Positions 36,097-48,449 are shown, numbered from the stretch's first letter. The stretch is DNA of 64,000 nt from Ramazzottius varieornatus (GCA_001949185.1 BDGG01000011.1:1013552-1077551); one strand, 5' to 3'. The notes: generated by a model from the letters alone, not told the origin. Numbers and translations are program-made.

Positions 36097-37953
36097 CGCA
36101 ATAGCCAATGTGACAAACAGCTGGGTTCCCGGATGTGGTCCCCGTCATGTTACTATCGGCTCGTAATCGGGTCGGTTAATTTAGATGAAACCGGCTTTGT
36201 CTACGTGACGGCTCAATGCGTGCAGCGTACGTACACGGCTAACACGTCGGTTTGAGCCGTGACGTCAAGTTCGACGTTGCCATTCCCCAGCTGTTTGCCA
36301 CATTAGGATTTTCCAGGGGCATGGCTGGCAACCCCAGGTACACCATAGCTATGCCCCGTATGGGCAGGCTGATCCATGCTCTTGTATTCGCGGACTGCGC
36401 CCGTAAGGCCACTTGAGAATGCGTTCAGCGATTCTGCGCATGCGAAAACAGCAAAGGTTTAGAGACAACGGAACGAAGGCTAATCTACTAAGCTTACACT
36501 CAAGAGGAGTAAATTGGCTCCCTCAAAACCTAGTAGAAATGCGAAAGTTCATCTGACATTTCCTTACCGTTACACGAAATCTGTAGCATCAAGAGACGCA
36601 GGTCCCGTAACAAACAGCTGCGATATATGGTCCAGCGAGATACAAGTTCCAGACAGACCAGCTGTTGTCAAGCGCTTCCTACAAGACCTACAGCATGTGG
36701 AATATTTCGTGGGTCAACAGGTGCAGAGATCAGGATCGCCGAGCGAGCGAGGGTAGTGGAAAGTGGTCGGTACCGGAACTGCCGGGAGCAGTTAAACATC
36801 GATGAAAGTTTATTTGAAAATTCTTCGCATGCATCAACCACACACACGGCGCCGCTATGCGCCGGCTGAGATAATGGTACTCTGGATATCTATCCGGCCC
36901 TAACTGAAGTACGAAATACTCTTCGCTTGGTACTTTGCTAGGTATCTTGAACATTTTCTTGGATTCAGTAAGCCGTCAGCGGTGAACCCAACTGCTAATG
37001 AGTGCACAGGACGAAATACCGTGTTGGAAATTCTGTTCACTGAGCGAACAGATACTTGCTATATGCAGATCGAAGAATAGCCTTCTGATCACTATGGTGC
37101 AACGTCAGTGAGAGTAGCTGCAATGTCTATTCTCTCTGTTCCGGTTGCTGATACCTCCGCCATGCAATTCGCATGATGTAGATGACGATCCTTTTGATGT
37201 CGGTTTCCTCCGCGCTCGTCATCAAAACTGATTATTGTAGCGCTCTTCGACACAGCTTCAAGGCGTGCTCTGGTGTGGGTATAGTCATCGGCCGAATCTA
37301 GCGACGAAGGGAAGATGGAGGTTCTCATTGTAGCTTGAAGATTGCCTGAATTAACAAATCAGTCCAGTGTAGATTAAGGACTTTGAGATACCATCGTGAC
37401 GGTAGCAATACGTTTTTGGAAAACTCAAATTATAATCAAAATACGCTGACGATTTCTGATAATGGAGGATAATGGAATTCTCACTTTCCGGTATTCCTGC
37501 TACCGAGAGTTTTAATTTCGCTGCGTCGGTTAACAGCCGGAAATTTTCACTACATTACCGAGTATCAGCTAGAATTGCATAACGACTATCCTGATGGAAA
37601 GTTCCATCACGCACTGTTGGCGTGGTGGCTCATGAGTTACAAGACGCAGCCCAGACACGGTGCATCCTTGTTGTTAAAAACTGCGCTTGATCTCTCACAT
37701 ATACCAGAACGCGAAAGTTGCAAAGATTGTTCGAAAAAGGTAAACCGGAAGGTCACCTTCACCCTGACCCCAAAGGGTCTGCATGATGACAGTTATTCAA
37801 ACACTTTATGGCAACATCGTACTCGGAGCCGGCGCGATAAGATAGCTCACAGAACTAACACCATGATCGGTGAATAGAGCTGTTTGTCGTGGACCATCGT
37901 TAGATCAAGATATCGTGCTAACTGTCATTGGTAGACTCACTTGAGTAACCAGC

Positions 37954-38618
37954 CAATGCCACTCTACAGGGGACAGGCCGTGAAAATCTTTGGCTTCGGT
38001 TAGCTAACTGGGGGAGGTGGGAAAGAGAAGAGACAGCGCCGCTCAATGAAACAATTGATTCATGTGCACGTCGCTCCCGTATTGGAGTCAGTATCAGTCA
38101 GGAGAGATTTAATCGAAATGAACCTTTGCAGTAGAAATATCGAGCTATTCGAATGTGAAAGAAGAAAAAAAGTAGGATGGTCCGGTAATAAGTTATGAGA
38201 AGAAAACTCAGTGCGGTTCGAAAATCACTTCTCTCTGCTCCCTCTTCCTGCTCCTGCCGCAAAAACGGGATGGGGACATCGCTGATACAATGCGAACTTC
38301 CTTTAGCCTCGTTTTTAGAATCGAAACATAGCTCGTTCTTCTGGCTAACCATCTGTCTTCGGCGAGATTCATGTAAAATTTGAAACAGATGTATAATTTG
38401 AAGAAATACGACGCGGAATGGTCAGTATCACTACAGGAATGTCTACGGATGAATAGAAAGTAAGGCTCCCCAATTATTTCCCACTGGTGTTCTGTCTGTC
38501 CCCCTCTCTTTTACTGCGCAGCACGGCTTATATGGGGAGTGTACACTTCCCCAGTTATTTGCGATACAAGCAAGTTTTATGACTAGTTTCACGGCCTGTC
38601 CCCTGTAGAGTGGCACTG
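37954..38618. mobile_element. 665-bp non-autonomous TIR element, 32-bp TIRs
   Basis: CAATGCCACTCTACAGGGGACAGGCCGTGAAA and TTTCACGGCCTGTCCCCTGTAGAGTGGCACTG (one mismatch). The flanks AACCAGC and ATCCAGC resemble a 7-bp target duplication. Confidence 0.75.
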
Positions 38619-39140
38619 ATCCAGCTGTTTTGTGCCCAACTATGCCTCATGGTCAACGGTGAAGACGGGGTATAGACATCTCCGTGAGATGTAAAGCACT
38701 GGACAGGCGTTGGTATGCATATTTTATTTCATTGAGGCTGTCCACGTGGCTATTAACGCTATGATGCTCCATGGATATCGCTGTCTTTTGTTCGACGACA
38801 GTTCAGGGAAATAGCGAGATAAATCCATCCTCAGGTCCGAGCGGCGCTTAAGAGATTTTCCAACACGAAGGTCTTGAACCGGACCACGATGCTAGGTCGT
38901 GAACAGGCTCTCAACAACATGTTGGGTAAATGAAACTCATGAATAAACACTTACCTTTGTCAGCTATAACTGTTTCCAACCAGCATCTATAATCTATCAC
39001 GCGCAATAAGCAACGTGCACCACCTATAGGATATGTTGTCAGGAAAATCGTATATAATACGACTGAACCTTTCGACTTTCTCATACTTTTTTCTCCCTTC
39101 ATCTCCTCCCTTGTTCATTTCTTCTCACTGACTGTCGGCC

Positions 39141-42100
39141 ATGCACGCCAACTTAGCCAGATGCCTGTTCCTGTTGATGGCCGGAAGTCTTATGCTGACT
39201 GAACACGTGACTTGTGTGTCAACAACGAACGCACCTGTAACGACTGCTCAAGATACTGAATGTGCATCCTTCTGCAGTTCGGGCGCAGGTCCCACCGGCA
39301 CGGTCCCAAGCGACGTCGCCGGACTGTACACCGCATACCAGAACAAGTGCGACGTGCAGTTCTGCTGCTGTGACGCGAGCATCGGCTGCGGCTACGCACC
39401 GCGCCTGGTTTCATGCGACTCTGGCTACTTCTTCGACCCGAACACTGCTGCACCCGGCTATACCTGCCGACCCGATGGTGACAGAATCCAAGTGACACAG
39501 TGCTGTGACGGAACGACCGGCGGAACTACCACGCCCGGATGCCCAACCACAACGCCCATACCAACCACCACCACAACTGGCGCATCCACGACCCCGCCTG
39601 CAACAACTACGACCGACACTGTGTCGACCTCGACAGCAGCCCCAACATCCACCTCGACAGCTGGACCAACTTCTACCTCGACGGTGTCTCCAACTCCCAC
39701 TTCGACGGCAACCCCAACTACCACCAACACTGCATCGACTTCGACAGCAACCCCAACTACCACCAACACTGCATCGACTTCGACAGCAGCCCCAACTACC
39801 ACCAACACTGCATCGACTTCGACAGCAGCCCCAACTACCACCAACACTGCATCGACTTCGACAGCAGCCCCAACTACCACCAACACTGCATCGACTTCGA
39901 CAGCAACCCCAACTACCACCAACACTGCATCGACTTCGACAGCAGCCCCAACTACCACCAACACTGCATCGACTTCGACAGCAGCCCCAACTACCACCAA
40001 CACTGCATCGACTTCGACAGCAGCCCCAACTACCACCAACACTGCATCGACTCCGACAGCAACCCCAACTACCACCAACACTGCATCGACTCCGACAGCA
40101 GCCCCAACTACCACCAACACTGCATCGACTTCGACAGCAACCCCAACTACCACCAACACTGCATCGACTTCGACAGCAGCCCCAACTACCACCAACACTG
40201 CATCGACTCCGACAGCAACCCCAACTACCACCAANNNNNNNNNNNNNNNNNNNNNNNNNNNNNNNNNNNNNNNNNNNNNNNNNNAACACTGCATCGACTT
40301 CGACAGCACCCCCAACTACCACCAACACTGCATCGACTTCGACAGCAGCCCCAACTACCACCAACACTGCATCGACTTCGACAGCAGCCCCAACTACCAC
40401 CAACACTGCATCGACTCCGACAGCAACCCCAACTACCACCAACACTGTATCGACTCCGACAGCAGCCCCAACTACCACCAACACTGCATCGACTTCGACA
40501 GCAGCCCCAACTACCACCAACACTGCATCGACTTCGACAGCAACCCCAACTACCACCAACACTGCATCGACTCCGACAGCAGCCCCAACTACCACCAACA
40601 CTGCATCGACTCCGACAGCAGCCCCAACTACCACCAACACTGCATCGACTTCGACAGCAGCCCCAACTACCACCAACACTGCATCGACTCCGACAGCAAC
40701 CCCAACTACCACCAACACTGCATCGACTCCGACAGCAGCCCCAACTACCACCGACACTGCATCGACTTCGACAGCAGCCCCAACTACCACCAACACTGCA
40801 TCGACTTCGACAGCAACCCCAACTACCACCAACACTGCATCGACTTCGACAGCAACCCCAACTACCACCAACACTGCATCGACTTCGACAGCAACCCCAA
40901 CTACCACCAACACTGCATCGACTTCGACAGCAACCCCAACTACCACCAACACTGCGTCGACTTCGACAGCAACCCCAACTACCACCAACACTGCGTCGAC
41001 TTCGACAGCAGCCCCAACTACCACCAACACTGCGTCGACTTCGACAGCAGCTTCAACATCCACCTCGACAGCTGGACCAACTTTTACCTCGACGGTGTCT
41101 CCAACTCCCACTTCGACAGCAGCACCAACCTCGACTATCTCAGGTACATGATCGATCCGTACTGACCTATCTGTACGGTTCTTTATCCTTAATCAGTGTT
41201 TTCTATCTTTATTTGTAACAAGCTCACCATGGAGGTATTGTTTCTAACAGGCACACCCTGCATTGATCCCAGCGGCACTATTCAAACTACCACCGCTCTG
41301 TCTGCTTCGACCACTAGCGCTCCCGGTGCAGGTAGACCTAACTGCTACGATCGATGCGATGCAACCTTCTGCGCTAACAAACCATCGAACACCGGTTATT
41401 ACCAAGTCAGTCCCTGCAGCCGCAACTACTGTAAGTGTAGCGCTGGTGTGGGTACCTACTTATCGTGTGCCAGCGGAAGATACTTCGATGGTAGCGTGCC
41501 GCTCGGTGCTAACTCTTGCCGCTTTGGTAATGCCACCTGGTGTCCTCCCGGCGGTGGTCTTAGCGGCCCACCCCCCAAGACTCTCGCGGAACTGCAGCCC
41601 CTGTGTAACAACGCCAACTGTGTGGCTCGAAACAACGCAAACATGTACTACGCCTTGGACTGCTGTAGTCCCTTCTGGTGCTACTGCTACAGTAACACTA
41701 ACGCCACAGTTCAAACATGCCCCGTTGGTCAATACTTCGACAGTCGTTCTGAGTGGTCGCAGTGCCGCCTCTCTACCGCGCTAGAGTTTTGTCCAACCGT
41801 CTTCGTCACTACCACCGCAGCACCAGTAACAATCACCACAATGGCGCCCACTCTGCCCGCATGCCCGTCGACAACCACCACACCGCCCACCACCACCACC
41901 ACACCGCCCACTACTACCACCACGCCGCCCACCACCACCACCACACCGCCCACTACTACTACAACTACCGCCACAACCACCCCATGCGCTACCACAACCG
42001 CCAGCGGTTCTGGCTCAACTACTGGCGCTCCCGGTGCAGGTAGACCTAACTGCTACGATCGATGCGATGCAACCTTCTGCGCTAACAAACCATCGAACAC

Positions 42101-43142
42101 CGGTTATTACCAAGTCAGTCCCTGCAGCCGCAACTACTGTAAGTGTAGCGCTGGTGTGGGTACCTACTTATCGTGTGCCAGCGGAAGATACTTCGATGGT
42201 AGCGTGCCGCTCGGTGCTAACTCTTGCCGCTTTGGTAATGCCACCTGGTGTCCTCCCGGCGGTGGTCTTAGCGGCCCACCCCCCAAGACTCTCGCGGAAC
42301 TGCAGCCCCTGTGTAACAACGCCAACTGTGTGGCTCGAAACAACGCAAACATGTACTACGCCTTGGACTGCTGTAGTCCCTTCTGGTGCTACTGCTACAG
42401 TAACACTAACGCCACAGTTCAAACATGCCCCGTTGGTCAGTACTTCGACAGCCGTTCTGAGTGGTCGATGTGCCGCCCCACTACCGCGCTAGAGTTCTGT
42501 CCCACCACCTTTGTCACCACGACTGCTGCTCCTGCAACATCGGCTTCCACAGGATGCCCAACTGGCGCACCGACCACCACTGTTGCACCCACTACCACCG
42601 CAGCACCCACGAGCACTGCCTCACCCACCACCACTGCTGCGCCTACCACTACAGCCGTACCGACCACCACAACGGCAGCAGTCCAACGACCCAACTGCTA
42701 CAGCCGTTGTGACGTCACGTTCTGCAACGGAAAGGCTCCTGGTTATTATGCCAGTGATCTGTGCAGTCGCAACCTGTGTGGGTGTAACTCTACCAGTGGC
42801 GTGACCACCGCTCAGTACTACGGCTGCCCTGCAGGGCAATACTTTAACCAATCCGGGCAAGCATGCGTCGCACTCGGTGACGCCACCTGCCCATCGTCAG
42901 GCACGCCAAAACCTACTCTGCCACTATCTAGCGTTCAGCAATACTGTAACGCTCAGAACTGTGCTGATCGACTGGGCCAAGATACCTACTATCCACTGGA
43001 TTGTTGCTCGCCATTCTGGTGCTACTGCTTCGGCAACGGGACCATCGCTGTCCAAACCTGTCCAGCTGGCCAGATCTATGATCATCGTCAAGAGTGGGTT
43101 CAGTGTCGCCCCAACACAGTCGTCGAATACTGCCTCCAATAA
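39141..43142 (+). CDS. Secreted mucin with multiple peritrophin-A/CBM14-like Cys-rich domains (peritrophic matrix- or cuticle-type)
   Basis: Signal peptide MHANLARCLFLLMAGSLMLTEHVTC, one Cys domain, then a long TASTSTAAPTTTN array with a gap at 40235-40284. After a phase-1 intron (41144-41250) come three pairs of Cys domains with C..G.YFD...C motifs separated by Thr/Pro spacers; stop at 43142. Confidence 0.85.
39710..41045 (+). repeat. 39-bp coding tandem repeat (about 33 visible copies)
   Basis: Unit AACACTGCATCGACTTCGACAGCAGCCCCAACTACCACC with T/C and G/A variants, interrupted by an N gap. Confidence 0.95.
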
Positions 43143-43909
43143 GCGGTAAGTAAAACTCACCATCCAGATCTTTGATGATTTACCTATGTTCTGGGCCTTT
43201 TAGGTGGCCTTGCAATCCGAACGACGGCCTCGGATACACCTCGTAACCAGCACTTCAGGGTCTTTATCCCATCTCCATCGCTACATTCTTCTCTCGCCAC
43301 ATCTCTTCCCTCTTCCGCGACGTCATCGTCACCTTCTGCCGCTCCTTTCTGCAACCTCACCTTCCTTTTCCTCTTCATTTCGTTTCCTTCTTTCTCTTTC
43401 CGCTCCAGACAACAGCCTTGAAAATCATCAAGATGCTCAACGTTGTGTCTGTTCTTTTTGCTTCTTTCCCATACTTCTCTTCTTTTTTCGTTTCCCCTTC
43501 CGCTTTAGAAATTCATCAGTCGTCGAAAAATAAATTTGGCCGTCCCTTAACCCATCGTCTGATCGATTACTTACAAGGACAGTAATTTAGTTGACTGAAC
43601 CGACTTGCCTCCAGGTCGCAAATCCAGCTAACCAACCAGCAAAATTTATTCGTACGATAAATGAGCTCTGCAGCAAGGAAGCACATGTTGCGGCAAGCCA
43701 TTGAAAAAGTCCACCACTTGAACCCGTCCGTGCTCTTTCTGCCTCAGACGCGCTGTTTTAGACTGCAATCCACCATTGCTCAAGTACCTGACTGCAACTC
43801 AGCACCATGTTTCAGACAAACGATGAACAACCTCAGCTAATCGATATTCCGCTCTGGCAGCTCCTGTCCGTTCAGGTCGTTGCTAATTCGATTACTGAAT
43901 GTGCGATTA

Positions 43910-45187
43910 ATGACTCTGACAAACATGTGGTTCTCGTTGCGTCTGGTTTTCTTCGTACTTGAATGGCCGGCTTTAGCAAAGTCGTCCAAACACAACAGTT
44001 TCAAAGCGGATGATGCCATGCAGATGTACTACATGGCTTTGGCTATGGATCTAGACATGCCTTCGACCGTCAAACCACTACCAGGACCAGAGGTGCAGGC
44101 TGATGCGCCGGGACGATCGCTGCCCAACTTCACCACGCTAACATCTCCACAGAGGAAGACTCTGAACGATCTATCGGATAGAAACCGCTTCATGGATACC
44201 GTCAAAGCGATCGCGATACCGCGAGCGTCCGGTACTCCAGGAAACCTCAAAGTACAACAGGTGCAGTAGTCCGTATCTCAGTTCGCGCAGAACAGATTTT
44301 TGCCTGGGTTTGACTCTCTTCTTTTTTTACAGCACATCGTTCGAAGTATGGAAAACCTGTGTTACGACGTCGAGTTGGACACGTTCGAGGCTGACCTTCC
44401 GGGTAACCTGACATCCCAACAAATGACCAACATCATTGCCACACTCAACCCCGACGCGCCCCGCCGTCTGGTCCTCGCTTGCCACTTCGACTCAAAGTAC
44501 GACAAGAAAGGCGCCTTCGTTGGGGCGATAGACTCGGCTGTTCCTTGTGCCATGATGATCGACCTGGCCCATACATTAAACCCATACATCAACTGTACGC
44601 CAGTGCGCAACAAGAACCTCACCCTACAAATGATCTTCTTCGATGGCGAAGAAGCTTTCGTCAAGTGGTCGGCCAACGACTCGTTGTACGGCTCGAGAAA
44701 CTTAGCCGTGAAGATGGATACTCAAATGAAAGACTTGAACAGGAACGTAACAGAATTGGATAAGATCGATGTGATGGTTCTGTTGGACTTGATCGGGTCG
44801 AAAGAAACGCAGTTCCGAAGGTTTTATTACTCAGCCAAATATCATTTCGAACATTTGGCGAACATTGAGAAGGAGTTGACTGTCAGTAATGACATCAAGG
44901 AATGGGACAATCAGACAAAGGCGGGCGTTGATATGGAAGAAAAGGAAGTGATCAAAGAGAAGGTGTATTTTGATACGACGCCTTTACCTGCCGGATTATG
45001 GATCGACGATGACTACCGGCCTTTCATGGAAAAAGGCGTGAAGGTCCTCCATCTGATTTCCTACCCCTTTCCCGCTGTCTGGCATAAACAGAGTGATACT
45101 GTGGCCAATATCCATTACGACACCGTGGACGACTTGAACAAGATATTCCGAATTTATGTCTGTGAATATCTGGGATGTCAGATCTAA
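43910..45187 (+). CDS. QPCT: Glutaminyl-peptide cyclotransferase (glutaminyl cyclase, M28 fold)
   Basis: Exons 43910-44260 and 44333-45187. Motifs IPRASGTPGN, NIIATLNPDAPRRLVLACHFDSK, FVGAIDSAVPCAM, IFFDGEEAF, DSLYGSR, LLDLIG, DDYRPF and VLHLISYPFPAVWH; hydrophobic N-terminus. Confidence 0.93.
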
Positions 45188-46260
45188 GTATGCTTGGTGC
45201 TATTGAATCCCGGAAACAAGCTTCCTCGAAGATGAATCCATCGTACGCTTTTGCTTTCGTATGATACTGCGACGTGCTTTCAATACAATCATATCTTTAA
45301 AATTCAAGCTTCCAAGCATACTTCTGCTTTCCTAGTCCACCCTTGTGAACATCAGTGTTGCGCAATAAGGTGTTGGCTTCAAACTAGACAATACACAGAT
45401 TAGCCTGCCACCGCGGGATGGAAGTCCGACTGTAGCTAAAACGAGCTGCAACGTCACTCATAAGCGCAGCAGCTGATGACAACTTTGAATAGTTTCGGAA
45501 AATAGGGGGAGCTCCGGAAAGCATTTTGTAGTTAAACGTCACCAAAAGGGGCGGAGGAAGCCGTTACTACAGTCGGAAAGTGAACCGGAGGGGCAGCTTA
45601 ATCTCTGTATTGTTATGCGACCGATACTTCCAGGGGCTTCTGGTAAACTTAAGGTAAGGCCTTGCGTCTGGCGGGTTTTTTGAAGTATGTGAACAAGAAT
45701 GTGGATTCAGGGTATTTTTTCGTCACTTCCGGCTCGCTGTAGCAGTGACTAACGTGTCTATCTGATAACGTGGCTGAGTACCTTCCGGTTAGAGGATCGA
45801 CCTTCTCCGAACCATCTCGGTTATTACAGAGACTGAGCAGCCACGTCCCGTTCGCCTTGCAACTGTAGTTATGGTTTGCTCCGCCCCTTTCGTGACGTAT
45901 AACCACATTTTGCTTTCCGGAGCTCTCCTTTTTTTCGAAAAATGACGTAGTAGGGTTCAAGGTTAGCTCGCATTGTGAAGCATGGTGGCTGCCCAACTAT
46001 ACAAAGTCATGACCAGCTGCTGCGCTTATGAGTGATGTTGCAGCCTTTTTTAGCTGCAGCTGCAAAGCGAACGGGACGTGGCTGCTTCGTCTCCGAATTA
46101 GCCTCAAGATCTTTACGGACTTTGCTAGTGTCAGCATCGCGTAACATCGCGAAAGCCGCTTTGATGGAACATAAGAAACCCCACCGACTGACCTTCGATG
46201 AAACCTCTGTCTCCTTAAAGTCACGGGGATGGCTCGTTCGCAAGTGATTCTCAGAACTTC

Positions 46261-46876
46261 ATGTTCATCGCCTTTTGCGCAACTGTATTTTCTGCTGTGG
46301 CGGTCTTCAGTCTCTCAGCAATACAAGGTGAGCCTGAAAACTTCCGTTCCTTTACCTGTTTGTTTGGTGCACAGGTTTGGGGATACGATCTTCCGCGAAC
46401 GCGATGCCGTTCACCTTTGAGACGCACCGTGCAAGATGTCCCGACTTCAATGGCGGATTTCAATTGACTAGCGTTTGCTATACTAGGCGAACGCGGAAGT
46501 GTCTGTGCCAAAATGGAGGCGCTCGTAATTCGGATGCGATGCGAATCCTAATACCCCCAAATGATGGATACACGTGTGGCTGCTACAAAGGCTGGTACTG
46601 GGCGTATTTGGATGAGAACTACGGTGCCAACGACAAGTGGTGCCACGCGAAAGCCGAAGGGACCTCAAGTAAGCAGTCCAAATGGTCCCATGTATTGATA
46701 ACTCCAACCGGGACTGCAGCTGGGCCATAACTTGTGGCAATGACGTCACTCACACCGAAAATGACTAACTCCCAAAGCGCCCAAAATTACTTAGAGATTT
46801 GCCTGATCCATAGCGGTTCAATACTTTCATTCAGTTTACAGTACACCGTGTGGTGGATGGATATGTTTCACAATGA
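46261..46876 (+). CDS. Small secreted Cys-rich protein of unknown family
   Basis: Exons 46261-46327 (signal MFIAFCATVFSAVAVFSLSAIQG), 46375-46668 (RCPDFNGG..VCYTRRTRKCLCQNGG..YTCGCYKGWYWAY..KWCHAK) and probably 46842-46876. Phases are compatible; the last exon is uncertain. Confidence 0.6.
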
Positions 46877-46952
46877 CAATGCTGTGGCATACTCAAACCG
46901 GTCGTATGATGTGATGAAGGTCTCTTCATCACATCATACCGTAGCCACCTTA

Positions 46953-47074
46953 CTTTCTTTAGCACTATTACCGTAGGAAGCATAGGTAGTTGTATGGACA
47001 TCATACGCTCTTTAATAGAGTGTTTGTGTCCATACAACTAGGTATGCTTGCTACGGTAATAGTGCTAAAGAAAA
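46953..47074. mobile_element. TA-flanked 122-bp hairpin MITE between convergent genes
   Basis: TA|CTTTCTTTAGCACTATTACCGTAGGAAGCATAGGTAGTTGTATGGACA ... TGTCCATACAACTAGGTATGCTTGCTACGGTAATAGTGCTAAAGAAAA|TA. Confidence 0.7.
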
Positions 47075-47130
47075 TACGACAGCCAGGTGGAGATCTATTT
47101 ACAAATGACCAGCCAAAATTCGAAGCCATT

Positions 47131-48129
47131 CTACCTGAATGTAGTAAACCGGCCTCTCACGAAAATGTTAAGAAATTCCGCTCTAACATCTGGTAGCATA
47201 GCTAGGAAAACAAAAGGCTCAAGAATGTAGATAAGAGCGGCGTAATTTTGGGATAGGTAGACGACGTCCCATTTGCAGTTGCCGAAGCCGGTACGTGTCC
47301 GACTTGCAACGGATACGGTGGGCAACACACTCACAACGACCACCGATAACTTCAGAAAGTACTGCAGAACCACCATTTTGCTGACGATCTTGTCCTGACG
47401 GAGCGCACGATACTTTGCAGGCGGCCTATTTTCTCCGGCTGAGTTCATGGCCGAAGTTTGAGAAGCTTGTCCGACCAGTCGACCTCTTCGATGTCTCCAG
47501 ACGAGCACCAGCAAAATAGGAAAGCCAAGGTAGGCTAATGTCTCTGGCACAATGCATGTAACCGTTGACACAATCATACCGTAGGTATAGAAGGGATTCT
47601 GAGCAGGTACTCGTGAGTCGCAGCCGCCTCGCCTCGCGATGTGGGCTTTAATACCAAGTGGTAAATACCACGCGTGGAAGTAGACAACAGCGATACTGGC
47701 GCCAGCGACGGCGAACCATCTGGGCTTTCTCATTCGGTACCACACTGGACAATAGAAGGCTAACCAACGATCGAGGCAGATGATGGAATCTTCCAGCGAA
47801 TTTAGTGACCAGATGCAAAAGTTGTTGTACAACATGAGGGAGTAAGCTAGAGGATGGGAGTGGTACAATTTTGGAACTAGGGGTCTTGTTACCGTCAATG
47901 CCACGTAGACGCTGAAGATGACTGTGTTATAAAAAACCAGAATGACAATGTGCTGAAGAAATGGCGTCATTAAAGTTCGGCGGCGAATATAAAATGTGGC
48001 AAGAATACCGATGTTTACAATTTGACAGATCAAATTACAGAAATATAGGATGAAGGTCAAGCAGATGTAGAAGTTGCGAGGTAGACAGACAACCTCTTCC
48101 GCGATATGAATACAGGTTGAGTTATTCAT
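47131..48129 (-). CDS. Intronless class A-like orphan GPCR
   Basis: Seven hydrophobic segments, MNNSTC N-terminus, ICLDRWLAFYCPVWYR (DRY equivalent) and ILEPFVFL (TM7). Confidence 0.82.
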   Translation of the reverse strand: MNNSTCIHIAEEVVCLPRNFYICLTFILYFCNLICQIVNIGILATFYIRRRTLMTPFLQHIVILVFYNTVIFSVYVALTVTRPLVPKLYHSHPLAYSLMLYNNFCIWSLNSLEDSIICLDRWLAFYCPVWYRMRKPRWFAVAGASIAVVYFHAWYLPLGIKAHIARRGGCDSRVPAQNPFYTYGMIVSTVTCIVPETLAYLGFPILLVLVWRHRRGRLVGQASQTSAMNSAGENRPPAKYRALRQDKIVSKMVVLQYFLKLSVVVVSVLPTVSVASRTRTGFGNCKWDVVYLSQNYAALIYILEPFVFLAMLPDVRAEFLNIFVRGRFTTFR

Positions 48130-48449
48130 ACCGCCGATGCCAGTACACGGAGAGACGACGATCTGCCCAGAGTTTGGTCGGAGGACCACTAAGACCTTTG
48201 AATTTCAACCTTGACTTTCGTTGCAAGAGAACACTTCTTAACTGGTGCGAGATTGTACGGGTGCCTAGCTTCCGAGATTGAAGTTTCATCTTTACCGACC
48301 GAGCAGTGGGGAGCGGCGCTCCACAAACCGCAATTTAGATCCGCCTGACTGAACTACCTACTTCACCGCTCAATTAAAATGTACGGTATTGAGGTTTAAT
48401 TAGTAATCGGTTTGTGTTGCGGTAGAGCATTTACAGAGTGTAATATGAC

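Noticed and set aside
36514-36869. Possible piggyBac/Merlin transposase trace (DIWS..KRFLQ, LNIDESLF)
   Set aside because: A single short motif without other catalytic residues or termini.
39710-41045. CRISPR-like regular array
   Set aside because: Contiguous repeats with no unique spacers, inside a eukaryotic coding exon, and no cas genes.
39411-41218. Long overlapping ORFs in alternative frames (HCIDFDSSPNYHQ, TLHRLRQQPQLPP, VVVGAAVEVDAVL, GGSWGCCRSRCSV repeats)
   Set aside because: By-product of a stop-free 39-bp repeat. The apparent frame change is caused by the fixed-size N gap, and only the Thr-rich frame links the signal peptide to the splice donor.
43184-43533. Charged or Phe-rich ORFs after the mucin
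   Set aside because: Explained by a pyrimidine-rich low-complexity tract.
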